NCBI GenBank assembly: GCA_964574495.1
Contig: CAZNNT010000002.1
Coordinates: 1-54,057, forward strand
Length of the DNA: 54,057 nt
Direction: 5' to 3'
Origin: an uncultured Candidatus Saccharibacteria bacterium
GTDB lineage: Bacteria > Patescibacteriota > Minisyncoccia > HO2-45-28
A program made the translations under genes and the position numbers. The notes beneath the pieces were generated by a model, which saw nothing but the letters and a program-made list of their open reading frames with translations, was not told where the DNA came from and made no database searches. Below, piece by piece: positions 32,721 through 41,328 of this stretch; the first letter of the stretch is position 1; the number at the start of each line of letters is the position of its first letter.

Positions 32721-34334
32721 TTAAGACATTGTCTGGCGAAGCTGACGTATGTTTAAAATCTCGTCAACATCTCCAAGATAATTCTTCGTGAAGTGAGCCA
32801 GCTCTTCATCATGATTCAAATTAAGATTTTCTTCGCGAGACATATCGCAGGCCTCGATGATGTCTTCTTTGCGAACCCCTCTTTCTTCCGTTGGAGGAGT
32901 GGATGGGTGTTTCAGATCTCTTTGGAGCGCGATGGACGTTGTTTTGTCTACGACGCCTTTAATCATAGCTCCGTTTATGATATGAGCCAGCGTGAATTTT
33001 CTTGTTTCTCCTTTTTTGGCGCCTCCAAGCTCAAAACTGTAAAGGCCATATTTTGCCGACAGAATTTCTTCTGCCGCGAATTCAGCCATTTCTTCGGGAC
33101 TAATACCGCCATGAAGTTTTGTTTTTCCGAAGTTGAGCTTAAAGATTTCGGCGGTTGCGATTCTGTCCGGCCTTTCAACTTCTATTTTTTGGTCAAACCT
33201 TCCGTCTCGCGTTACGGCCGAATCAAGCACATCCGGGCGATTGGTTGCGGCAAGCACCAGAACATCTCCGGTATCAAGCCCGTCCATTTCGGCAAGAAAA
33301 GCGGGGACAATCGTTCGTTCAATATCCGAACTTCTGCCCGTTCCGCGTTTATAAAGAATCGCGTCGCATTCGTCAATAAAAATGATTACGGTGTAGCCGA
33401 GTTTTTTGGAGGCCGATCTCGCGGCGGCAAATATTTGGCGTATCGCGGCCTCTGCCGATCCAACATAGCGGTCAAGAATTTCCGGACCTCTAATATAGAA
33501 AAACACGGGAGATGACCCGAGCTCCTTATGAATTGAAGCGAGTCCTGTTGCCACAGCTTTTCCGAGCATGGTTTTTCCGCACCCGGGAGGTCCGTAAAGA
33601 AGTATGCCCCTCGGCGGCCTTTTGCCGTAAAAGTCAAAAAGATCGCGCCTGCTGTATGGAAGTTCAATCGCTTCAACCAATCGTTCCTTGGTTTTAACAA
33701 GCCCGCCGATATCGTTCCAGGATATATTTGTTTCCTCGGCGAATCTGTAGCGTTCGCCTTCAAGCGCGAGGCGCGAAAGAATGACCGAACCGCTATTATC
33801 AATCAGCACTCTGTCGCCGTCTTCCAGTTGATTCGCGAATTTTCCGTTAACGACAACTCGCGCTTTCCCGCCCCACTCTATTTCGCTCAAGAATGTGTCG
33901 ATTACGCGCTTGACAATAACCGCGTCGCCAAGTTTCGGACTGTTAACCACGTCAATAATCTGCATGGTATGCGGCGAGATTTTCACTATGTCGCCGGGAA
34001 CGATTTGTTTGTTTTTCGGCGCCAAAACTTCAATGACTCTTCCGCCGTGAACGATCAAAATTGACGGCGCGGATTTATCGGCGTTTTCGCCGGCAAGAAT
34101 AACCGGCGCGTGTTCAAGGTGGGGCGAGCTTAGCCGGTCTATCGTTTCTTTTTGTTCGGCTATTTTTTTGTGGGCATCTTCAAGAGCCGTAAAAACTTCT
34201 TTGGTTTTTTCCTCAGTCCATTCTCCGGGTTTGAGTCCGGCGCCGCTCTGAGCGCGCCGAACATACGGCAGAAGGTGCGAAAGTCCGCATTCTTCAAGCA
34301 TCTTTTCAAAACTCCAGTTTTCATTGGCCATCAT
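32721..34334 (-). CDS. ARC/Mpa-type AAA+ ATPase (coiled coil, OB-like region, single AAA module)
   Basis: Closely follows the proteasome-associated ATPase pattern: ISWNDIGGL, PPRGILLYGPPGCGKTMLGKAVA, FFYIRGPEILDRYVGSAE, IIFIDECDAI, KRGTGRSSDIERTIVPAFLAEMDG, ATNRPDVLDSAVTRDGRFD. The N-terminus has a coiled coil and two beta-rich segments. Start at 34334 (GGAG 5 nt upstream); the track ORF extends to 34364. Confidence 0.85.
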   Translation of the reverse strand: MMANENWSFEKMLEECGLSHLLPYVRRAQSGAGLKPGEWTEEKTKEVFTALEDAHKKIAEQKETIDRLSSPHLEHAPVILAGENADKSAPSILIVHGGRVIEVLAPKNKQIVPGDIVKISPHTMQIIDVVNSPKLGDAVIVKRVIDTFLSEIEWGGKARVVVNGKFANQLEDGDRVLIDNSGSVILSRLALEGERYRFAEETNISWNDIGGLVKTKERLVEAIELPYSRRDLFDFYGKRPPRGILLYGPPGCGKTMLGKAVATGLASIHKELGSSPVFFYIRGPEILDRYVGSAEAAIRQIFAAARSASKKLGYTVIIFIDECDAILYKRGTGRSSDIERTIVPAFLAEMDGLDTGDVLVLAATNRPDVLDSAVTRDGRFDQKIEVERPDRIATAEIFKLNFGKTKLHGGISPEEMAEFAAEEILSAKYGLYSFELGGAKKGETRKFTLAHIINGAMIKGVVDKTTSIALQRDLKHPSTPPTEERGVRKEDIIEACDMSREENLNLNHDEELAHFTKNYLGDVDEILNIRQLRQTMS

Positions 34335-34411
34335 ACTCGCTCCTTTTTTGAGGAACACTGACAAACAACTTTCGTAAAGAAGATATTGTATTTTTTATAA
34401 AAAGTCAACCC

Positions 34412-34473
34412 CGTAGTAGAAATCCGACTAATTGCATTTTGGTCGCAGAGCGACCCGTCGGATTTTCACTACG
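34412..34473. promoter_or_regulatory. 17-bp imperfect inverted repeat with a nested hairpin in the divergent AAA+/SBP-OmpA control region
   Basis: CGTAGTAGAAATCCGAC (34412-34428) pairs with GTCGGATTTTCACTACG (34457-34473), one mismatch and one G:U. The inner hairpin is GGTCGC-AGA-GCGACC. Confidence 0.6.
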
Positions 34474-34488
34474 TGGTCAAGGTAGCTC

Positions 34489-34518
34489 TTGACAAAAGAG
34501 CCCTTTTGTTGATAGAAT
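34489..34518 (+). promoter_or_regulatory. sigma70-type promoter (TTGACA-18 nt-TAGAAT) for 34573..36141
   Basis: -35 at 34489-34494, -10 at 34513-34518. Confidence 0.55.
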
Positions 34519-34572
34519 TCCGCCAGCAAGGTCGTTGACATTTTTACCAAAAACCAAGAAAAAGGAGGGTCT

Positions 34573-36141
34573 ATGAGCGGCCATGTTAAGGTAGCTATTG
34601 CCGTATTTTTTGTGTTCGTTCTCGCGATTGCCGGCTTTTATTTCGGTGAACCCGTGTGGCAGAATTGGCGCCAGCAAAAAACAAGCGATGCCGGCGCGAC
34701 CAAAGGAAAGATTTCTATCGCGGTTGATAATTGGGTCGGATATTTTCCTCTTTGTTCTCCGCGGATGAAAGTTCACCTGCGAAGGGCGGGTTGGCTTCTT
34801 GACTGTGTTGACGACAAAGCCGATTACGCCTCCAGGATGAAGAACATGAAAGACGGCAAGTATAACTTCGCCGTCGCCACGGTTGATTCGTATATTTTGA
34901 ACGCGGCTTCTCTCGGTTTTCCCGGAGTGATTGTCGCGGTCATTGACGAGTCAAAAGGCGGAGACGCGATTCTTGCCTGGAAAGACAGTGTCGCGAATCT
35001 CGACGATATCAAGGGTAAAAGCGATCTAAGAATAGTTTTTACTCCCAATTCGCCGAGCCATCACTTGATCAAGGCGGTCAAAGAGCATTTCGGCATCCCA
35101 GAAATTTTGCCGTCAGGAAAAAACAAAATTGAGTCGGACGGTTCCGAAGCGGCTCTGAAAACATTTTTAGCGAAGAAGGCGGATGTCGCCGTGCTTTGGG
35201 AGCCCGATGTTACAAGGGCCCTATCTCAAAAAGGAGTTGTTAAACTGCTTGGCACGGAAGACACGAAGCGTTTGATTGTGGACATCCTTTTGGTCAACCG
35301 CCAGTTTTCGTCCGCCAGTCCGGAAGTCACGAAGTTTTTCATCTCAACTTACTTCCGGGTTTTGAAAGAATATCGCGACAGTCCGGACGAGCTTCTAAAG
35401 GACGTCGTAGCTCAGACGAAACTTTCCGAAAGCGCGGTTAAATCCATGCTTAAGGGTGTTTCGTGGGTCAATCTGACTGACAACGCGCAGGAATGGTTCG
35501 GTGTTTCTTTGGACGGAACGCCTTCGGCCGACGGCTTGATAAGCGCGATTGAGTCCACGGTTTCGATTCTTGTCGGCAACAAAGATTTTTCTTCAAATCC
35601 TCTGCCCGCGGGCGATCCGTATCGCATTACGCAAAGCCAGTATGTTCAGGACCTGTTCGGTAAAGGGGTTTCCGGATTTACTGTCGCGGGTGTCCGCGGA
35701 CAAAAAACAGAGGCCGGCGATTCCATCGCGGCTAAATTTCAGCCGCTTTCGGAATCCGCCTGGGCCAATCTTCGCGAGATAGGAAGTTTGAGAATAGCGC
35801 CGATTGTTTTTTCGACCGGCGTTTCCGAGCTGGGTTACGACGCGAAGCTGGAGCTGGACAAGGTCGCGGAAAAACTGAAGCACTATCCCAATTTCCGCAT
35901 TCTTATCAAAGGCCACACCGGCCTTTCGGGCGACAAAGACGAAAATCGCAAACTCTCGCAGGAACGCGCGGAAAGCGTCGCGAGATATTTTGAAGTAACT
36001 TACGGGGTTGACTCAAACCGCGTGCTGGCGGTCGGCAAGGGTTCTGATGAGCCGTTACCGAAGGCGCCCGGCGAATCAAGCCGGGGCCATAACTACCGCC
36101 TGCCGCGAGTCGAAATCCGTCTCGTCTCCGAAGTTTACTAG
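34573..36141 (+). CDS. membrane-anchored fusion: NMT1/SsuA-type substrate-binding-like domain plus C-terminal OmpA-like domain (paralog of 30130..31857)
   Basis: N-terminal TM (VAIAVFFVFVLAIAGFYF). SBP-like core (ESKGGDAILAWKDSVANLDDIKGKSDLRIVF). OmpA-like tail (ILIKGHTGLSGDKDENRKLSQERAESVARYF...AVGKGSDEPL...RLPRVEIRLV). Confidence 0.72.
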   Translation: MSGHVKVAIAVFFVFVLAIAGFYFGEPVWQNWRQQKTSDAGATKGKISIAVDNWVGYFPLCSPRMKVHLRRAGWLLDCVDDKADYASRMKNMKDGKYNFAVATVDSYILNAASLGFPGVIVAVIDESKGGDAILAWKDSVANLDDIKGKSDLRIVFTPNSPSHHLIKAVKEHFGIPEILPSGKNKIESDGSEAALKTFLAKKADVAVLWEPDVTRALSQKGVVKLLGTEDTKRLIVDILLVNRQFSSASPEVTKFFISTYFRVLKEYRDSPDELLKDVVAQTKLSESAVKSMLKGVSWVNLTDNAQEWFGVSLDGTPSADGLISAIESTVSILVGNKDFSSNPLPAGDPYRITQSQYVQDLFGKGVSGFTVAGVRGQKTEAGDSIAAKFQPLSESAWANLREIGSLRIAPIVFSTGVSELGYDAKLELDKVAEKLKHYPNFRILIKGHTGLSGDKDENRKLSQERAESVARYFEVTYGVDSNRVLAVGKGSDEPLPKAPGESSRGHNYRLPRVEIRLVSEVY

Positions 36142-36153
36142 GGGAGCAGGACT

Positions 36154-37044
36154 ATGGGCAGAGACAGTCCGGGAAAGAAAGACGGCGCGAAGCGCCGTCC
36201 CACGACTTCCGACTTTTCAAACGAAGCCGTCGGCAAAGTTGTCCAAAGAGAAATTTTTCAGCACTGGTCGCTTCTTTACCCCGCGGTCATCGCGGCAGCG
36301 GGAGGACTGGGGGCATTTCTTATCAGCCCGTTTCTTTTCGGTATTGTCGCCGCGGGAGGAGCCGGAGCCGCGCTCTTGAGCGTAGGCGTAAACTACTTCC
36401 GCAAAGACGCCATAGCCGATCGCCACATCAAGCGCCTGCTTGAAGAAATGGCGGCATATCGTGAGCGGACTCGAGAAGAACTTCGCGAGGAACTGGCGGA
36501 ATGCCGGACAGTCAAGGGCGGAGAAGGTTACGCCGAACAGGGTGAAGCTCAATTCGCCCAGGTTCAGGACAAGTTTGAAGCATTTATCGGACTTCTGGCT
36601 AAAAAACTTGATCCGGGAGAGCTGACATTCAATCGCTATCTCGGCACAGCGGAACAGCTGTATCTCGCGGTGATGGATAATCTGCGGGACATAGTTAATC
36701 TTTTGAAAAGCGTGGATGCCATTGACATTGATTATATTGCCGAGCGGTTGAAGGCGATGGACAAGATAATGGCGATTTCTAAGAAACGCGGTGAAGGGTC
36801 GCACCAAGCGGACATAGACGAGGTCGTGACCCTTAAGAAAAGCAAGGAGCTGTATTCCAGAAATCTGGAGCTGGTCAACATCCTTCTCACGAAAAACGAG
36901 GAGGCGTTGACCCAGCTTAATGAGGTTACGGCGGCAATCGCGCGCGACATGCGCACAACCGCCGAAGCTAAGGTTGACATGGAAACCGCGCGCCGGCAGT
37001 TGGAAGAACTTGCCAGAAAAGCGCGCGATTATTCAAACCAATAA
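36154..37044 (+). CDS. 2-TM coiled-coil protein, XpaC-like TelA partner
   Basis: Two adjacent TM helices (LLYPAVIAAAGGLGAFLISPFLFGIVAAGGAGAALLSV), then a long helical cytoplasmic region. It sits immediately upstream of the TelA-like gene, as in B. subtilis xpaC-yaaN. The family call rests on architecture and context only. Confidence 0.5.
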   Translation: MGRDSPGKKDGAKRRPTTSDFSNEAVGKVVQREIFQHWSLLYPAVIAAAGGLGAFLISPFLFGIVAAGGAGAALLSVGVNYFRKDAIADRHIKRLLEEMAAYRERTREELREELAECRTVKGGEGYAEQGEAQFAQVQDKFEAFIGLLAKKLDPGELTFNRYLGTAEQLYLAVMDNLRDIVNLLKSVDAIDIDYIAERLKAMDKIMAISKKRGEGSHQADIDEVVTLKKSKELYSRNLELVNILLTKNEEALTQLNEVTAAIARDMRTTAEAKVDMETARRQLEELARKARDYSNQ

Positions 37045-37077
37045 CCGGCCGCCCGAAACCAAGGAGGAGGAAAACAC

Positions 37078-38289
37078 ATGCCGGAACTGATTCAAAAGCA
37101 GCCGACACAAACACCAGTTAGCGATTCGCTTAAGGTTGCCGACGCGGCAGAATTGCGAAAAGAGCTTGACTTGGTTGATCCCGACGCGATAAAGATTGAA
37201 GAAGCCGATGCCGAGCTGGTAAAGCAGGCAGAGCATTATGCCGATCAGTTGGTCAGCATTGATCCCAAGGATTTTAAGGGTCGCGAAGAGAGAAGGGTGG
37301 CGGTTGAAGGCGCGGGGCGCAGGCTTCAGGCCGATCTGGCCGGCAACGCGATGCTTAAGGAGCAGGTTAAGAATCTTGCCCAAAGAGGCGCCGATGGCGG
37401 GGCAGTCGCTAACGCCCTGATGAATCTCAAGATACAGGTTGAAGGCCTTGATCCGCATCAGTGGGACTTTGCTCCAGGATGGTTTTCACGCTTGGTGAGA
37501 GCCACTCCGCTTGCGGGCAAGAAATTACAGCGCTATTTCACCAAGTACGAAAGCGCGCAAACCGTGATTGAGGCAATCATACGTTCGCTTGAGAAGGGGC
37601 GTAACGAGCTGACTCGGGACAATAAAATACTTCTTGAGAGTCAGATTGATATGCGGAAGTCCACGCTCAAGCTTGAGCGGCTTGTCAAATTGCTCCAGCT
37701 TGTGGATAAGAATCTTGAAAAGAAACTTGCCGAAGAGCAGGACCCGGAAAGGCAGAAATTCATCAAAGAAGAACTGCTTTTCACTCTCCGCCAGACCATT
37801 ATGGACCGCCAGCAGGATCTCGCGGTCAATCAGCAGGGCGTTCTGACTTTTGAGATTGTCATAAGAAATAATCGCGAGCTTATCCGTGGAGTGCAAAGAG
37901 CAAATGGCGTAACGATCAGGGCTCTTGATGTCGCCGTTACCACTTGCTTCGCTTTGACCCACCAGCGAATCGTGCTTGATAAGATTACGGCCGTTAATGC
38001 CACCACCTCAAACCTTATTGCCGAGAACGCGCGTCTTCTTAAGACGCAGGGTGTTGAAATTCATAAGCAGTCCTCAAGCGCCATGCTGGAGATGGCAAAG
38101 CTCAAGTCCGCTTTCGCGGATATCCACGCGGCGATGGAAGACGTTTCCCGTTTCCGTATTGAATCGCTTGGCAAGATGGCCAATACCATTCTTGAGCTTG
38201 ATCAGATGACGACCGAAGCCGAGAATAGAATCAAGAAAATGGAAGAAGGGAACCGCGTCGCTCCGGCGATCGCGATTGAGGTTGAGTAA
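37078..38289 (+). CDS. telA: TelA/YaaN family toxic-anion-resistance-like protein
   Basis: 403 aa. Collinear with the B. subtilis YaaN pattern as I remember it (…KYESAQTVIEAIIRSLEKGRNELTRDNKILLE…, …NNRELIRGVQRANGVTIRALDVAV…, …NLIAENARLLKTQGVE…). Confidence 0.8.
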   Translation: MPELIQKQPTQTPVSDSLKVADAAELRKELDLVDPDAIKIEEADAELVKQAEHYADQLVSIDPKDFKGREERRVAVEGAGRRLQADLAGNAMLKEQVKNLAQRGADGGAVANALMNLKIQVEGLDPHQWDFAPGWFSRLVRATPLAGKKLQRYFTKYESAQTVIEAIIRSLEKGRNELTRDNKILLESQIDMRKSTLKLERLVKLLQLVDKNLEKKLAEEQDPERQKFIKEELLFTLRQTIMDRQQDLAVNQQGVLTFEIVIRNNRELIRGVQRANGVTIRALDVAVTTCFALTHQRIVLDKITAVNATTSNLIAENARLLKTQGVEIHKQSSSAMLEMAKLKSAFADIHAAMEDVSRFRIESLGKMANTILELDQMTTEAENRIKKMEEGNRVAPAIAIEVE

Positions 38290-38296
38290 ATTTTCC

Positions 38297-38325
38297 GCCC
38301 GCGGGGCCTCGGAGGCCCCGCGGGC
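38297..38325 (+). other. perfect 12-bp GC stem-loop between telA and the SBP gene
   Basis: GCCCGCGGGGCC-TCGGA-GGCCCCGCGGGC with no T-run. Likely an intra-operon processing or stability element rather than a terminator. Confidence 0.55.
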
Positions 38326-38371
38326 TGATTCAAAAAACGTAACGCCAACCCCGGAAGGAGGAAAACAAGCA

Positions 38372-39433
38372 ATGAAGAAGTTTGCCGCAGCGCTCGTCGT
38401 TTCAGTTTTCGTTTTCGCTGTCGGTCTTGTTTCGCTTGCTGATGCCGCGCCGAAGTTCCGCATCGCGTGGTCGCACTACACCGGCTGGGAGCCGTGGGAG
38501 TACGCGCGTCACGCCGGCATCCTGAAAAAGCACGCCGACAAATACGGAATCGAAATTGAGCTTACCCCGCCGATGGATTACGTGGAATCAATGAACCAGT
38601 ATGGCGCCGGAAAGTTTCATGGCGTCGTGATAACAAACATGGACATACTTGTCGGTCCTTCTGCCGGCGGCGTCGACAGTACGGCTTTCATCGGCGATTT
38701 TTCAAACGGCAACGACGGCATCGTTTTGAAGAACGGAAAGACCGTTTGCGATCTCAGGGGCCGAAAGACGGTTCTTGTTGAGGGTTCCGTTTCGCATTAT
38801 CTTTTGGCGCGAGGGCTTCAGCTTAAGTGTAGCGGTCTTACCGAACGAGATTTCACCGTGGCAAACGTGACTACCGAGACCGATATCAAGCCCGCTTTTA
38901 TTGGAGCCCCGAACGCGGCTGCGGTAACCTGGAACCCCATCCTTATGGATTTGAGGTATGGAAAAGGCGTGAAGATGGTTTTTGACTCGTCTCAAATTCC
39001 GGGCGAGATCATTGACATGATGGTCGTCCGGACGGACGCTCCGGACTCGCTCAAGAAGGCGCTTGTCGGCGCTTGGTACGAGACGATGAAGGTCATGTCC
39101 GGACGCGGCAGTTCGGCTAAGACCGCTCTGGAATACATGGCCAAGTTTTCGGGCGGAACGCTGGAACAATTCAAGGCCCAGCTTAGCACCACGGCCATGT
39201 TCTACGATCCCGCGCAGGCAGTCGCTTTCGCAAAGAGCAATCAGCTCAAGCGGACGATGGAGCTTGTGCGCACGGTTTCTTTTGAGAAGGGATTCTTCGG
39301 GAAAAACGCCAAGTCCAAGGACGACGTCGGGATTCAGTTCCCGGACGGCTCAGTCATGGGCAACCCAGCGAACGTCAAACTGCGTTTTGACGCGAAGTTC
39401 ATGCAGATGGCCGCCGAGGGCAAGTTAAACTAA
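38372..39433 (+). CDS. ABC transporter substrate-binding protein, NitT/TauT (NMT1/SsuA-like) family
   Basis: Signal peptide MKKFAAALVVSVFVFAVGLVSLADA after RBS GGAGG. The SBP core is paralogous to the two OmpA fusions. The track ORF start at 38276 is an upstream read-through. Confidence 0.8.
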   Translation: MKKFAAALVVSVFVFAVGLVSLADAAPKFRIAWSHYTGWEPWEYARHAGILKKHADKYGIEIELTPPMDYVESMNQYGAGKFHGVVITNMDILVGPSAGGVDSTAFIGDFSNGNDGIVLKNGKTVCDLRGRKTVLVEGSVSHYLLARGLQLKCSGLTERDFTVANVTTETDIKPAFIGAPNAAAVTWNPILMDLRYGKGVKMVFDSSQIPGEIIDMMVVRTDAPDSLKKALVGAWYETMKVMSGRGSSAKTALEYMAKFSGGTLEQFKAQLSTTAMFYDPAQAVAFAKSNQLKRTMELVRTVSFEKGFFGKNAKSKDDVGIQFPDGSVMGNPANVKLRFDAKFMQMAAEGKLN

Positions 39434-39456
39434 TTGTTCTTTATACGAATTTTATG

Positions 39457-39490
39457 CCGGTTACGCTGACGCGTAGCCGGTATTTCATTT
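39457..39490 (+). terminator. hairpin/partial terminator between the SBP and permease genes
   Basis: 10-bp stem CCGGTTACGC / GCGTAGCCGG, then TATTTCATTT. This is typical attenuation after an ABC SBP gene. Confidence 0.5.
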
Positions 39491-39568
39491 GACAGAATTA
39501 ATTTTTTATGATAGTTTTGTGGGGGAATTTCAAAGGCCTTTGAAAACACAAAAAAGAGGAGAACTCTT

Positions 39569-40393
39569 ATGCGAATACCCAGATTTTGGGGAATTCATGC
39601 CGAGCCGACAAAAACAACGAATTGGACCCTTGCCGTTTTGCCGTTCATAATTTTCATCACGCTTTATCTTCTTGGTTCATATTTGCGTTTGCAAGTTGAC
39701 GCTCAAGATAGGCTTTTGCCGTCAGTATCAAAAATGATTTACACGATGAAAGATATGATTTTTGTTGAAGATATCCGCAGCGGAAATTATCTTTTTTTGG
39801 CTGACACCGTTTCAAGTTTAAGACGTATAACAATCGGCATGTCGCTTTCCGGTCTGGCCGGCCTGCTTCTTGGCATAAACATGGGGCTTTTTCCCGGACT
39901 AAGGGCGCTGATGCTGGCTTTAGTTACCTTCGCTTCAATCATTCCTCCTCTTGCTATTATGCCCATACTTCTTGTGGTTTTCGGAATTGATGAGCTGGCA
40001 AAGGTGGTGCTGATTTTCATCGGGACTTTTTTCTTGATTACCCGCGACATTTATAATGCAACGGAAAAAATTCCGAAAGAGCAAGTGGTTAAAGCGCTTA
40101 CTCTGGGCGCTTCACAGCTCGAGGTGGTTTATAAGGTGGTTATGCCGCAGATTATGCCGAGACTGATTGACGCAATTCGGCTTTCTCTGGGATCCGCGTG
40201 GCTTTTTCTGATAGCGGCGGAAGTAATCGCCTCAACCGAAGGCCTGGGGTATCGCATATTCTTGATGAGACGCTACATGACGATGGACATCATCATTCCT
40301 TATGTCTTGTGGATCACTTTCCTCGGTTTTGTAATGGATTGGTCGCTTCGCTTCCTGATTTCCCGGAGGTACTCATGGTATCAAGCGAAGTAA
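39569..40393 (+). CDS. ABC transporter permease, NitT/TauT family
   Basis: 274 aa, six TM segments, with an EAA-like loop region (ALTLGASQLEVVYKVVMPQIMPRL). Confidence 0.9.
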   Translation: MRIPRFWGIHAEPTKTTNWTLAVLPFIIFITLYLLGSYLRLQVDAQDRLLPSVSKMIYTMKDMIFVEDIRSGNYLFLADTVSSLRRITIGMSLSGLAGLLLGINMGLFPGLRALMLALVTFASIIPPLAIMPILLVVFGIDELAKVVLIFIGTFFLITRDIYNATEKIPKEQVVKALTLGASQLEVVYKVVMPQIMPRLIDAIRLSLGSAWLFLIAAEVIASTEGLGYRIFLMRRYMTMDIIIPYVLWITFLGFVMDWSLRFLISRRYSWYQAK

Positions 40394-41292
40394 TCATGAA
40401 GGATCCGAATATAATTTTGTTCATGAGAGACGTTTACAAGGCCTATGGCCCCAAAATGGTTCTGGATAACGTTGATCTCGCTGTTGAGCGCGGAGAGTTT
40501 TGCACAATTGTCGGTCCTTCCGGATGCGGTAAATCAACTTTTCTGCGTCTGATTTTGGGCCAGGAACGCCCAACATCAGGAGCAATTTTAATTGATGGCG
40601 AGCCCGCCGGCGGACCGAACGCGGAGCGCGGAATAGTTTATCAGAAATATTCCCTTTTTCCTCACCTCTCTGTTCTGCAAAACATTCTTTTGGGTAAAAG
40701 ACTAAGCGCGGATTGTTTTGAATGGTTCAAGCGCAAAAAAGAATTTCGCGATGAGGTTATGTCTTACCTTGAACGCATGAGGCTTAGTGAAAGTGTTGAC
40801 AAGTATCCTCACGAACTTTCGGGCGGGATGCAGCAGCGCGTGGCTATCGCGCAGTCGCTCGTGATGAAGCCGAAGATACTTTTGATGGACGAGCCGTTTG
40901 GGGCGCTGGACCCCGGCACCAGAGAAGAAATGCAGGTTTTTTTGCTGGAGCTTTGGGAAGAGTATGGTATGACGATATTTTTTGTTACCCACGATTTGGA
41001 AGAAGCGGTATTTCTTGGAACAAGAATCGTGGCCATTTCCCAGTTTTATTCCGACGACCGCGGAGACGGTCCTGACGTAAGGCGCGGGGCAAAAATTGTA
41101 TGCGATTACGCTTTGCCAAAGGAAGCGCAAAACACCGCGGTGAAAGAGACGGCCGAAATAGGGCGTTTGATTCAGCAGATCAGGCGCGAGGCGTTTGATC
41201 CGGCTCATTTACAGCACGCCTTGAATTTTAATCTTAAACATCCCAGCTCTTTCCAGGATTTGACGCCTGAAGAAATACAAAAGCATGTTTGA
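40375..41292 (+). CDS. ABC transporter ATP-binding protein, NitT/TauT family
   Basis: Walker A GPSGCGKST, signature LSGGMQQRVAIA, Walker B LLMDEPFGALD, H-loop VTHD. Start at 40375 (GGAGG 5 nt upstream, overlaps the permease end). The track ORF from 40198 is an alternative-frame extension. Confidence 0.9.
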   Translation: MVSSEVIMKDPNIILFMRDVYKAYGPKMVLDNVDLAVERGEFCTIVGPSGCGKSTFLRLILGQERPTSGAILIDGEPAGGPNAERGIVYQKYSLFPHLSVLQNILLGKRLSADCFEWFKRKKEFRDEVMSYLERMRLSESVDKYPHELSGGMQQRVAIAQSLVMKPKILLMDEPFGALDPGTREEMQVFLLELWEEYGMTIFFVTHDLEEAVFLGTRIVAISQFYSDDRGDGPDVRRGAKIVCDYALPKEAQNTAVKETAEIGRLIQQIRREAFDPAHLQHALNFNLKHPSSFQDLTPEEIQKHV

Positions 41293-41298
41293 AATAGT

Positions 41299-41328
41299 CC
41301 CCGACCACGAGTCGGGGCTTTTGTTTTT
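41299..41328 (+). terminator. rho-independent terminator at the right edge of the island
   Basis: CCCCGAC-CACGA-GTCGGGG followed by CTTTTGTTTTT. Confidence 0.8.

Noticed and set aside
38276-38371. N-terminal extension of the SBP ORF back to 38276
   Set aside because: The extension reads through the GC hairpin and overlaps the telA stop. A proper RBS and a signal peptide begin at 38372.
40198-40374. N-terminal extension of the ABC ATPase ORF into the permease gene
   Set aside because: It lies in an alternative frame of the permease C-terminus. GGAGG plus the ATG at 40375 gives a normal ABC ATPase N-terminus.
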